From the NCBI GenBank assembly GCA_964199315.1, contig OZ116702.1, positions 32,860,001 to 32,924,000 of the forward strand: a DNA stretch of 64,000 nt. The letters are read 5' to 3'. This document shows positions 21,420-35,100 of this stretch, in pieces. Each line of letters opens with the position of its first letter. Position 1 is the first letter of the stretch. Under the pieces are notes generated by a model that was not told the origin of the DNA, did not search any database, and saw nothing but the letters and a program-made list of their open reading frames with translations. The DNA is from Orbicella franksi (taxonomy: Eukaryota). The translations under genes were made by a program, and so were the position numbers.

Positions 21420-23167
21420 AACATGTCTTTAGTATAAAAACGGTGAGGACGCATTATCCTTCTAGACGTCTGCGTCCTCTAGTTTAAAAACAGCCAATGG
21501 ACACGGAATCAACTTTACTAGGGTTATCTTTATCCAATGTCAAATTTAGCTGACAGTCATCACAGTTGTATATAATACATACAGTTAGTACTAATTTCTA
21601 ACGATGAAATTAAATGGAAGATTCTGGAACATCCAGGTTTGAAGTGACTTGAACATTTCAACTTGTTTTTTCAAAAAACTAAAAGTGCTTTGATCTTGGT
21701 GCTACATGAATACAAGAGCCAAGAAAAAATTGTTTTGTTTTGTTTTCTTTTTTGTGTGAAAAATAAACCAATTTAAAAAGTGGTTTGATACTGCATAAGT
21801 TATGTATGGTCTGCAAATTCACAGCTTCCTAAAGGTAGAGCTGACTTTGCAACTGTTGATGAAGCAATTTGTTTCGCAAAGAATTTAACCCTTTAGGACT
21901 TCCTGTTATGCAGTGCACTGATTTGTAAAAGTTATCCCGCAAATATTACTCAACTGTTAGTTACACTTAAATACTGCACAGTGTAATAGCAGCTTAATTT
22001 TAGTCTCGCAGTTCTGGACCTAGCAGTAAATGAGCTTTGGATAGAATTTTGTTTAAGGAATTATTTTGACTTTTAATTTCACAAAAAGGGAACCTACACC
22101 AAATGCCACAAAACAACCAAGTTTTAAAATAATTGCTTCTTCAAATAACTACAGCTTGAACAAACATCAAACAACAAGTTGTTTATATTACTTTATATTG
22201 TTTATTATTTACTCCAGCAGTTCACATATAACTACCTCTAAAAAATGTGCACAAAATTATTTAATACCCAAACAATGCTACATGTATTTTTTTATTGTGA
22301 CTGGAAAATTTGCGGCCACTTGTCTCTTCCAGAGCATGAGCAGATATAATAGTTCCAAATTCTGCATTCATTTAAAATATATTAAAATGCCATTGTTTAC
22401 AATAACTAGCAGTTAGTGTGCAATTATTTTTTTGTTGTACAAGACAGGTAAGCCGTTAGAATTCCTTCCTTCCATTTTAGCAAATTTAATTAATACATGT
22501 AAAGCACTAGTGGAGATTTTGTTGAATATTTTTACACTTCCACACAACCTCTGATTACTTTTAAATACTTAGCATTTAACACCAATACATGTCTTAACAG
22601 GTGAAAAATACCTACTCGCTGTATAAATTAGTAATAAAAACGTTTTGCTTGAAGGCTGGTCATTTCTTGTTTAACGTAGAACTCCTAACAGTTTATAATT
22701 TACGAACAAAAAATGCTTTTTTCTTTTATATACAGTAGTTATGGCACGTGTACTAAAGAATGAAAATAGAGGAATGACTGCATTGGATTACATTAAATCA
22801 AACTTAACATCAGAGCTGAATAAAGGTCAGCTTTTGAAAACAAGTTTGGCAAGATGAAGGAAGTGAATGAAAATAAATTTAAAGGAAAACATAATGTGGA
22901 ACAAAAGAGTTATGTCTGATGTCCAACTTAACAATTAGTTTAAAATTACCTTTAAGGGAGGCAAGAGTTACAGAACTATGACGCTCTTGCTCAAATCTGA
23001 TAATTTAATCACTGGTCTGGACTGCATATTGTTTTCTCTCAAATCTTCACCACAGATTTATATTTTTCAGATTATTTATTTTTCCCACTATATGTGCTAC
23101 TGTAAACTGTTGCTTCCTCACTAATCCACTGCTCTGGTCTTTTAACTCCACAAATGGGTTCACTTTT

Positions 23168-26100
23168 TCAGTCATCATCTTCCTTTTTCTCATCACGCAA
23201 CATGTACCTAAAAATTGTTACAAAAATGACCACACTTCAGAAGTTGATGCTGACAATTTTTTTTTTTGCCACTAGATACAAACAGTTCATTTTTAATTGA
23301 TCTAAATATTAAATGGTTTGTCACTAATAGATGCTCTTCCCGCCAATCCATTTCAAAATGACCTTTTGTATGGCAGTAAGTTTTAAATACTGTCCCAAAG
23401 GATTATGTTTTAAATCAATGATTGTCTTAAGCCTTTGCTTGAAATTTTTAGACCCTGGACAGTTACTCATCAGACAAAAATTGTCCCCAGTCTACAGGTA
23501 AATTCTGCCAATAACAAGCCTGGGTAAAGAGCCCAGAACCAGTTAAGATTTTGGAGATCACTTCCATTAAATGCATTCTCCACTACAACTCCTTTTAATT
23601 TTACCTGTAGTTCATTTGCTCATTACAAAAATGAATAATTCTTACCAGTCAGTAATGGCCTTTGACATATCCAGCTTACCAAGGTCAAGCAGAACCTAAC
23701 AAACAATAACACTGTTAACATGGTAGTCAACACATGTACAAATCCTTTTCTTGCCAATATGTTTCTCTTATCATTAACTTTCACAAGTTGACTCTTCACT
23801 TTTAGATTTTGTAGCCTTTCATTGGCGTTTGAGGCATAAGAATACCCTCTCCTCCGGATGCTCCCTCGCCAAAAAACAATAGCTTTGTTGTGTCCAGGTC
23901 AACAACAATAAGTACTAAGGATTGGAAAATTTTCCTCCCCTTACCTTCCTCATTAGGCACCCTTTCTAATTTGCCACCTTTCTCATGTCCTGAAAATGAC
24001 CCTCTTGGGGAGTGGAAGAAATGCAATCTTAATTTTAAATCTTGCCTTACTTTGTATTACTCTAAGGAGGAAGGGGGGGGGGGGGGAGTGGTAGTCACAC
24101 CAGGAGCCTGTTCATCAACAGCCTTTGGAACACTGGTCAGGGTATGAAGCAATTCATCAGTCCCGTAAATGTCTTTTAAAAGCCACAAGATATAGATTCT
24201 CTTGCTTTGAGTGAAGATTTTGAGCATTTAGCAGTTTATCTACCAAACTGGAAATTCGTACTGTACATGATACACCATTACTGCCAATACCTGGCCCATA
24301 GAAGTCTTGCTCTTTGAAAAGAATGAAACATCATTCTTAACAGTGATATCTAGCGTACGCTCTTTCAGCTGGTCCTCTGGAACAAACCAGTCAAACCTAA
24401 AGCATGGATGCCAAATAAAATGTAGGTCAAAATTGAGCTACTGAAAAACAGCTAAAAGGAATGACATGCTCACTAAAAAGTGGCATGCCGTAGGCCTCTG
24501 CACCTCTGGTATGAAAGTCTCAGCCACGAAAATGAATAGCTCAATCTTACGTGTCATCCCAAACAGGCTCCAGAGTGTTTTTCTTGACATCAGTTCGTCT
24601 GCGGCCACTACGGGACTTGTCAGGGAGTAGATAAGCTCGCACATATGGATCAGAAAGACCATCTGAATCACAAGCCAGCAAGTTCCTGTACATCATCATA
24701 AAAAAAAAACCCATTAAATTCTGAAACTTTTACTTCATGGAATATTATGCAAATAATGACAAATTTTAAGTGACTTGCTCTGTAAGTAGCAACCCTCTAA
24801 AAGGTAACACCAGAAATTTCTCATGTTTTTTTGGTACAACATGTTTTTTCTCTTCACTAACCTTGCTTGGTGAACAATGACCTCCAGCTTACTCCCCTGG
24901 TTGTTGTATCGTGTGGTAAGGCGAATGTCGCCAGACACTGTCCTGTTTAGATAACAAAAATGACAAAGTTCTGATAGAGAAAATTAATTTCAAGGAGACC
25001 AAACACCTTCACTTCTCATCACTAATACAGTGCAGCTTAATTTCCACAAGCACCAAGACTAACCTTTGAACTTTTTGGGCTGGTTTTCTTCGTCTGACAG
25101 TGCTATCCTCGCTAGGAGCCAAACAAAAGCAGAAAAAAATGCAGTGTTTTAGGGGACCGTTATCTGATGCAAGGCTGTGAGGGTTGAGGCATGCAGAGGA
25201 AGGGAAGTAGTTAAATGAAAGGTTAGTGAAAGTAGTCAGCGTGAAGTCCGTTACACTCTATCAAGAGAAAATTAGTGTAGTTAGTAGAGTTTAAGCTTAT
25301 TACTTCTGTTAGCTTAAATGTGTTAAGTTCACAATTATTAAACAAATAAACATTAAGTTTAAGTTTAAGTTTAAGCCAGAAAGTGAAAGTGAAAGTGAGA
25401 AGCAGTCCTTTAGTTAATAAAGCCTTTCCATTATATGATTACTTTACACGATTGCTTTTGCCTTATTTACCAGTGCATCAGTTTATTAATTATTAAATTA
25501 TTACATTAGTGTCTATTTATTCATTCAATTATCTCAGTTTATTTACTCGTTTATTCACATTCTAGACAACTGCAAAGCTCTGCATGAAAGTACTGAGGAG
25601 GCTGGAGAAAAGGAAATCTGTAATAATGCATGATCAGTAACAATATTGGTTTTTATTAGTTACAATACCCGTGTTTAGAGAATATTAGTAACAGGTTCAC
25701 ACAGTAGTGCTCAAATAAGTATTTTAAATTTTTATCAAGGCCTTTAAAACATACAGGGAATTACATTGTAACATTAAAAATATTGGTAAAAGCCCTGGTT
25801 TAGGCAGATCTGCCTTGAATTAGTCAGGAACTTGAAATATTGTTCAAAGACAATTCTCAGACAGCTTATTAATCAATTTGTTAACTATTTGGCCCAGAGT
25901 GTATTGAATTTTGCTGTGTGCAATCATGATTTGAAGGTAAGCACTTAAGTGATGAGTTACCTTTGCTTACTTCCTGGGATTTCACTCACACCACCACCCT
26001 GCAACTCATCAGCACCAATTATGTCAGGTGCTTCTGCTTCATCCTCCTCTTCCTCATCTGAGGTGTCATCATCCCTTGTAAACAAGGCCTGTAAAATACA

Positions 26101-29100
26101 AATGAGGGAATTAAGGACATCAAACAGGAAAAAAAATATGGTGTTGGACGTTACTGGTACACAACTTCAGTTTAATTCAAACTGTAATTCCTTGAATGGA
26201 GGGGGACAATAGAAGAGTAATAAGTCTTGCCTAAGACCAAACAACAGTTCATATACTGTAATTGTCTGGGTGTGCCGAATCTTTTGAAGTTACCTTGAGA
26301 GCCAAGTTAAATGGTTTGTGTCAGTATAGAAAATAGAAATAGAACAGCAAATGTACAAATGTCACCAACCACAGGAATCAAGGAGTAGGAGACAAACTTA
26401 ACAATGGCGTGCACTGCATGTCACTTATAAAGGATACTGACAGATGTGGGTCATAACTTCGTAGATTGACCAATAGAATTACTTCGTCACCAGAGTCCCA
26501 GGCTTCAGAAATGCTGTATAAAATCACTGCAGTCTCTCTTTTCACCCATCTTCTGATGCCCCCGCTACTTGTGGTTTGTAGCTTCATATTTCAAACTCAC
26601 ACGTTCATGACTGTACACTTCTGTTCCGTTCTTCTTTGCGTTCTTCCAAGCGGATTTGTGAGAAAAGGGAGACTGCTTGCAGTCTATGTCAAGACTGGTC
26701 TGTTGAAACTAATTGCTCAAATTTAAATGCCAATAATAGCCAAAGCTCAGACATAAGTCCTTTGGAAGGATTTGGGATACAGGTTCTCTAGAAAATTTAC
26801 CTTAAGCATAAACTTGCAAGTCAAAGTGCTGTTATGGCCAGATTCCTTCAGAGGGAAGGGTTGTTCAATTGTCATATTCTCACTCTTGAGAAGCTGAGTC
26901 AGTGGGAATTCCAGTTTGCCAATATTTTTCTCCTTCCCTCCATCAATAATCTGTCAAAGAGAAGAGGAGAAACAGGTAAATATACTGCAGTAATAATCTG
27001 AGTTTTCACTCATCAGGAGACAACATTTTGACTTCCTGCCCATCAATTTAGTTCACTGACTAACATTGCTACAACTTAATAAATAAACTAAAATGCGACT
27101 GTATTATTTAACTGCCTTCTAACATTTCTTAAGATGGCTGTTGATTTCCTTTCTTGATATCTCTTCAGAGATGTGTGTACCTAATTGTTCTGGGGCCAGA
27201 TTCATGAAGCCCTAGTATATTAAGATGACTTATAAATATGTGCAAGTATTGTTCGAAATATACAAAAGCCTAAGTATAATTATTGAGAAACAATGCTTAG
27301 GATGCATCTTAACTTGGGAGAGCTTCGTAAATTGAGCCCCTGGACTGAATATCCAGTGGAAGCTACACTGTTCTGATTTATTAGCAAATACAACAGTATG
27401 CAATTTAAATTATCACAGTACACAAATTATGAAATTGTCAAGAGAGGGCACTATAACTGTTTAACTCCAAATTATGTACAATTTGGTAACAAATCTTACT
27501 GGTATTGCCTAAAAAATAATGTTTTTAGAACACATACATGTACATATTGACAACAACTTCTCCTTTCAAAAGTGCTCACTTTTTTTTTTATTTACTTTTT
27601 CATTGGGAATCTAGAGAGAGAATTACAAAGTGTACATACCTCAATATCCAGCTCCTGATATTTTGGATCATGGATCATGAAGCGGAATGGTTCTTCCCAC
27701 ACAGGGCTATTAGAATCCTGAATGGTCTAAAACAACAAAAACAGTTACTATCAAACGCTATGACCATATATCTGCATTACACCACAACACATTTGATAGA
27801 AAATACTCTGAGAGCACATGCATGCACCAAAAGCTGTTCTCTCTCTCATAACTATTGCATGAGCTGTTTCCATACGGATTCAATTTGATGACATTTTTCA
27901 AAAGAATGGAAAACACATTTTCATGTCCCCATCAAGTTATGAAAATACTTGCATCTTTTCTGATTCTCCTAAACTTCAGATCAGGTACCAAAAGCTCAAC
28001 AGAAACACAGGGAATGGTCTCTGTTGTCCAAAACAGTATCCCTTAGCTCAAAACCACAGTTTATTGTAATTTATACAGACAGAGTAACAAGTAAAGAATA
28101 TTAAGCGATACCTTGCTCTGGAGAGTAATATTTCCAACAGTAAGTTTGCAGAATGGACTTGTTGTTCCGCGTGCAGGATTTGTGATCTGAAAATCAAAAG
28201 AGAGGAATATATCTTGAAGATCAAGAACTAACTTGCACATGGAAAATGCCGTCAAAAATTTTGATTGCACCTGTTTTCTAAGGTCAGTTATTAGAAACAT
28301 GCTTGCACACTTACAGGAAGATTCTTGGCAGAATCCAGCTTCACAAACAAGACTGCTGTAGCTAACATCTCCTCTCCCAGTACGGCTTGCTCAGGCTGTG
28401 TAACAAACAAACAAACAAACAAACAGGAAATTAAGCTGAAGCTCTTCTTGCAACTATTCTCATATTTTATCAGCTCCCCTGGATATGGTTATCTATCCTA
28501 GCTGCCCCTAAACTAAGCTGTTGAAATACCACATAAAATTCTGCATTAAAAGTTCCCAAAGTAACCACTCCCATAAGCAACTTTAATCATCTTTGGGACC
28601 CTTGAGACACTGATTGCAATCAGACAACACAACAACAACAAATAAGCACTGACAAGCCCACTGTTACAACTGACTTTCTCTCAAAATTTGGCAAGCCACC
28701 AGCTTTACTTTTGACCAGTTTTCCCACATCGGTTTCTTCAACTGTTCTAACATGAATTTATGCCCACTTACTGGTGACAGGTCCTCAGGTTTGGGAGTCA
28801 ATGTGAACCAAGTACATCGCAGGTTGATCTGACCACTTTCAACATTCTCGAGTGGAAGCCACTGTATTGTAAATTAACAAAGTTTTAGTTCCTTGTTTCA
28901 ATACAGATAAATTCAAACAGCATATAAATGATCACTGGTTCAAAAACAACAGAGTCCTATCAAATGATTCCAAACTGACCAGGTCAACATTGCCTTGTTG
29001 GACTATAGTAGCAATGTCAGCTTCAACACTACAAAATAATAAAAACGAATTAATCAACAAGAAAACACGAAATAATTATGTACAGCTGTAGTCAGTTACT

Positions 29101-32100
29101 TTATGCTGATAGTATTCACCATCACTGACTTTTCTAATGATGTGGCCATGGAATTCATTTTCTAATTACATGCCATGAACTTCTGTTTTACAGCCTAATA
29201 TTTTTCCTATACCCGAAGGTGGCACCTCCCAGGTGACAGTACCAGGATACACAAGAGTCAGTACCAGGGATCCAGATAAGTTTTCAAGGCAGGGTATCAA
29301 CAAGGAATTCCAACAAGTCAATTCCCACTGCTCCCACCAAATCATTATAATTTTGTTTATTAATTGGTCAGGTCATGTACATGTAGCTGATCTTGCAGGG
29401 TTTTTGACCTGAGACCCGTCACTTCTCTGGAACACTGCAGTACAATTACACAACGTTCTTTTCCTTCTGTCTGCTCTCCTATGAGAGTCCTCAACTTTTC
29501 TGACAAATATCCACGATCTCCATTGTGCCAAGATTCATTAACTTTATAATCCAATGTCAATTAAGACAGTTTTGTATGAAAGAACATGACACCAAGATAC
29601 TGCCAGTATTAGAATGTAATTCTTGATCCAGAGAGCAACAACTTTGGAAAACCACTCCAAATAGAATAAAACTAAAACAATGGTACAAGTATAGAACGTG
29701 ATAACTTACGTTCCAAGGGACTCATCATCAGATGCCTTGTCTTCATCAAAGACACTAATCTTTATTTTCTGGCCATGAGAGTTATCAACAAAAGCCTGTG
29801 CAAATTAAGAATAATACAACGGTATTCATAAATCAACATCAGGCATTTGCACAAAACGTGGTGCAATAACTTTCAGTAATCAGCTGTCTGGGTAAACATT
29901 AACAGTTACAATACCTCAAATACTTCATTCCAGACTGGGTTCAGTGTGCTGTCCTTTGTCTGTGTGCGGAAATTCTTGGCTCCCACTAAAAAAAAAGAAA
30001 ATAATGAATGATAAAATAAAATTCAACTGATATCTAAATGGTTGCTGCTTAAGATGATAATGCTATTAAATATTTTATGGAAAGAAGAATGTCAACATCT
30101 ACAAATAAAGGAAGGTGGTAATGAGAGAGAGCAGTCAGACATACCTCGGAGTATGGCATATGGATCAGAAGAGCCTTTCTTAAAAACGCCAATATCCTTC
30201 TTGACCAGATCTTTAGCCTCCAAAACTTCAATTCGAAGAACTCCCTAACAAATGGAAATAAAGTCCACAGCAAAATAAAGAACAATGGATTTAACCTTTC
30301 TTCATGTTCTCCTGAATTCATTTCTCTTTTCCTTTTTCTGCACATAACCATAACTTTTCTCCAGGAAAGTTGATTGATTTTCAAAGATGGGAGAAACGAA
30401 TCTTAAAGAGTGTTGCTAAACATCCAAATGGAGCAGAACTTGTAAGTTTGACATAAGACACTAGACACAACAGAACTTACGTCAGGCAAGGGGTATTTGA
30501 GTTCATAAGGATCAACATTGGTCAGAGGAACCGTGATCCTGTTAGGAAGAACCACAAATCCAGCAACGACATCATCGATTACTCCACGGATAATGTCACT
30601 GAAAAAAAACAACAAAACAAAACGATAATTAATATTATTCATTTTGACCCATATATTCCGGAGAAGTACGTCTATGGCCCAGCCACAGCTACATACATGT
30701 ACAGTAGGCTCTCACTAACTACCACTATACAGCCCATCACTAGAAGAATTGACAGTTTCCGTGCTCTGAGTGTTGTTTTCTCCTAATCTCTCAAATGAGA
30801 TACAAGTCCATCACAGGTTCAACTGTATGCCAAAACAGTTCAAGCTGGCACTGTGAAACATCATTATTAACCAAACATTGCATTTCAATTACACAGATTT
30901 TATTCTTATTGTCCCAAGGACGGACAAGTAATAGTAATCAACTTTTCTTAATCTTCTGGCCCGGGTTGTTCAAAGCTGCGTTAAGATAACCCAGGGTTAC
31001 TGCGAAATTCAAATTCAGATATGAAAGCTTTAAAAGCAAATTCGTTTTAACTCTTTTTGTCTACAATTTGATGGTTGGATGCTCTAAAAAGAACAGAGAA
31101 AATTATCAGAGAAAATGCTCTTGAACAAAACAAAATGAGGCCCAGTTTGAAATTTAACCCCCGGTTAGAGGAAGTCAACCTTCGACTAACTGAACCTGAA
31201 GTGTACAGTAGCTCCAAACCAGTCAGCATCAGGTTTTATATTTTTAATTTTAATGATTGAAATAATAAAAACAATTTCAAGTGCCAAGTTTTGTTTGTTC
31301 ATTTTGAAACTAGAAAGACATATGCTAGGGATTGGCTTCATGCCCCCTGACAGATTAAATCAAACATACCTTAGACCTGGGATATCAAGAATATTTGCCA
31401 AATTGGTTAAATCGAAGTCTATGTCCTGGTGAAAAAACATTAAAATCAACATATTGCAATAAACAATACTACTTGTGTAGATAATCAGTACTTTCCATTC
31501 TCCTCTTGCTCCTGTTATGAGCTCTCTCTCGGCCATCCCAAAATCACAACTTTCCCAACCAGTTTTGGATTACCAGGACATTCTAGGTTTTGAGATCAGG
31601 TGTGGTATTTTTAGCTCAAAACTTGCAACAGTCAAGTAGGCTGTTTGCTTATAAACTCTGCTAGTTTGGATCGTCATCATAAACGTTTGTCCCTAGACAA
31701 TGTTACACAAGCTTTTAAAAGCCTGATCAAAAATACATGTATGCCATTTTCACAGTTTCATTTCCTCTTCAGTTTCAGGAAAGAGTAACAGGAATCCCTG
31801 ATTTGAATTTGTTGAACTCTTACAGTGTACGAACAACTTACCGGTCTGTTGAGGAAGAAAACAGAGACTCCACCTACGAGAGGAGCTGCTGGAATAAGGG
31901 GGCGCAGGATCACACGCAGGCTTCCACGAATCTGCACAAGACAAAAAGAAGATGCAATCAGTTTCCAAAAGTCTCCAATGTTTTCCGACTTTCCCTGACC
32001 AATAACTGCTTAATGTCAGATATAGTGGTTGCCTCCAGCCTCCTCTTACAGTAATCTCTTCACCACATCCCTTCGTTTTCCATTGTTTAGATCACAGTGA

Positions 32101-35100
32101 CCTGAAATGATTCTTCCACCCTTCGGTGGTATTAAACCAATGGTGTTATAACTTCACTCTTCCCAGTCTTTCCTTCAAAAAGTCAGTTTTTCCTGACTCA
32201 AAATACAATTCCCTAACTTTTCCTGACCTTGAAGAATCCCCCCTGCCCAGTTCTTGACATGTAGCAACCATGTGAACAAGATGTGAAATGCATGGCACTC
32301 AGCTACTGTCTTACCTGGAGATCCTCAATGCCTACAGCAATCCCTTTGACAGCCAGCTTAAAGTCTGCATCACCAGCGTAACTATGGTGAACAAAACACA
32401 CAAAGACTAGTGAGACAATCTCAGATAGTGCAGAGCGCAATTGATAGCTCTGGTACAGTAGTCCCATAAGTACTCACCTCTACTCGGTTCACTTCCGGTT
32501 TGTGTCTACCTTGGTAGTCTGCTACGGCTTTTCCCCTTTGCAGTGTGTATGTTTCAAGGTTGTATTTTCATTCAAGGTCCAAACATTACACACAAATTAA
32601 TTACTACTGGTGCTTTAAGTTGATTTTCGTTCATTTTAAATTCAACAATACGCTGAAGCAGCAAACGTGACAATTTAGCTCTTCACGCCAACTTTGTAAC
32701 TTGATACTTTTGTTTTCCTCGCAAAGCCATGTAATATGAAACCCCTGTTTTCTCCAAAACATACGGAAGATGTCCTTGTTTTTTGGAGATAAATGAAAGA
32801 AAGTTAAATATCTGATGTAGTGATGAAGAAACGGAACAGAGACGATGTTTTACTAAAAATGCAAATTTTTACCGATGAACAAGAACTAATTTAATTATCA
32901 GATAGTCACGAAATACCACTTTCTTTTTCTGTTGCCACCTTTGTTGTTAACAATAAAACAATTCAAAATTAACACACAACGATATTGATGGCTGAGAAGC
33001 TTTTCAACGAAAAGTATTGAAGATAAACAGCGCTACTTGGCCGATATGAATGAGTCTCCTCAAAGACTGATTAAATTAATTTGAACTTTCATTAGGTGCC
33101 ACGGCGTCTGCAGCAATATTTGAGCATTTTCCTGGTTTCTTTTGTTACAAATTTACAATTTGCGGAGTATTAAAGCCACTAATTTGAGAACTTTTTGGTC
33201 TCTCTTACAGACACAATTAAGGCAAGAAATAAACAAGTCGCTAAGGAGAAGCAATATATTTGAACCCTGACAAGCACACTATTGTAGATTGAAAACAGCA
33301 GATGATATTTGTTGAACCGACCTGTTTGTAATTCTAAAAGCTACGCAGCCACAGTAACGTTTCACTTTTGCAATAAAAAGGGACAATTGGCACTACCTGA
33401 AAAATAACTGCCGTCCTTGGTCACATGACACGATATATAAAATACTGCGTGTAAAGATAGTGTATAACACTAACAATGCTAGAACGCATGCGTCTTACAT
33501 GTTGAGCTCTACCATAAGGAAAACCACTCAACATTTGTGCGTGATTCCGTATGCAATGTATCCTTCACCTAATATAGAAGCCACGAACCCTAACTAATCT
33601 ACGCATGCATTTAGGGCAAATTAGTTTTGTTCTAAGGAGAATGGTACCACAAGGAGAGCAAGGGGTTACCTGAAACAAATATATAGCTTTGCGATGTTCA
33701 AAGTTAAGCGACGGCGATGGAATGTGTTTTACGTAGAGTACACATGTACCTTTCCCACCCTACTCCCACTACTTCCTTGCCTCTAGACTAATTAATTAAT
33801 TGAAATTAATTAATTAAACAAACATTAAAGTTTACACCTTAGCGCCATAGGGCCATAGCGCCATAGCGCCATAGCGCCTTAGTTCCTTAGCGGCAGGCAA
33901 CCCCCATAACCATCCCAATAGCACACTCTGCACTAAAAATGATCACTTCTGAAATTTTCAGCATTTGATATTCATCATCATGAGAGATGAAACTATCACC
34001 ATCTTTAGGAAAAAAACAGCTGGGGTGTTAATAATTTCTAAACCTTAGCAGTCAGATGAGCCATACTCACATCAAATCAATGTCCATGATGATCTCATTA
34101 CGGTCGACATTATGGGTGTACGTCTTGATTCCACCTATACGAGGAGGCTGCAGAAGAAAAGAACATGTTGTATATATAATAGGTTAATGCAACCTTCATG
34201 GAGTGGTCAACAGAGGAGTTGTCATGTTTTGTGTTTGTTCTCTCTGCTCTCTGGCAATTTCAAACTCCACTTAACTCACTGTTTGCATTATGGTAGGGCT
34301 AGTTGAAACAAAAAGCATCAGAGAGTTGTCTAATAGTTGCAAAAATTCTGCATCTTTACCGTTCCCCTATAAACATATTGACTATAGAAGTAGCATTTTG
34401 AATAACCCTCAGAGTTTTGGGCTTAAGAATGTACAGAGTGGGTGTTTGACTTACCACTTCACCAAGAGAGATTTCTTCAAAGTGGATGGAGCTGAGGAAG
34501 CCTGGCACATTCTTTTGAATCTCTGGTTCAACTTGTTCTTTTAAAATCTTCACAACCATGTCATTGATGTATGGCCATAGTTGAACCAGCATCTGAGGTG
34601 GGAAGAGACATTGGTACAGTAAGTAAAGTGAACATAACTGGCTCATAGCTCTCAGCTCTTGACTCTAGTTTCTGTCACAAGCAGCAGTTGAATATTTCTT
34701 CCTGGGAGAGGTACTCTTACAAAAATTGGGTGGGTGTGTGTGGCCAGCTTTCCAAAACCCTTACCCCATTAAAGACCAAAATCTGTGATTTTCCCTACCC
34801 TATTAATGACCAGACAATTATTAACTCCATGAAAACCAGATCCTTAAATCAATACCCTGTTTCAGACCTGTCTTATAATCAGACCTTCTGACAGGGTGTG
34901 TTAAAAAAAACAACAACAGAAATTACACAAAATTTTGAGGCTTTTTCAAAAGCACATCATCTTGAAACAATGTGTGGATCACATGGACTTTTTCCAGATA
35001 AAGTGTTAACTAATGGTATATTTTGTTAAAATTGTCCGGTTTTTTGTGAATTATGTGATTTTTCATGAATTGTGTGATCTGATGCGATCTGAGGCTGATT

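Noticed and set aside
28103-28111. Possible U12-type intron donor in ESYT (GTATCGCTT)
   Set aside because: Deviates from the RTATCCTTT consensus within the near-invariant core, and no U12 branch site was seen.
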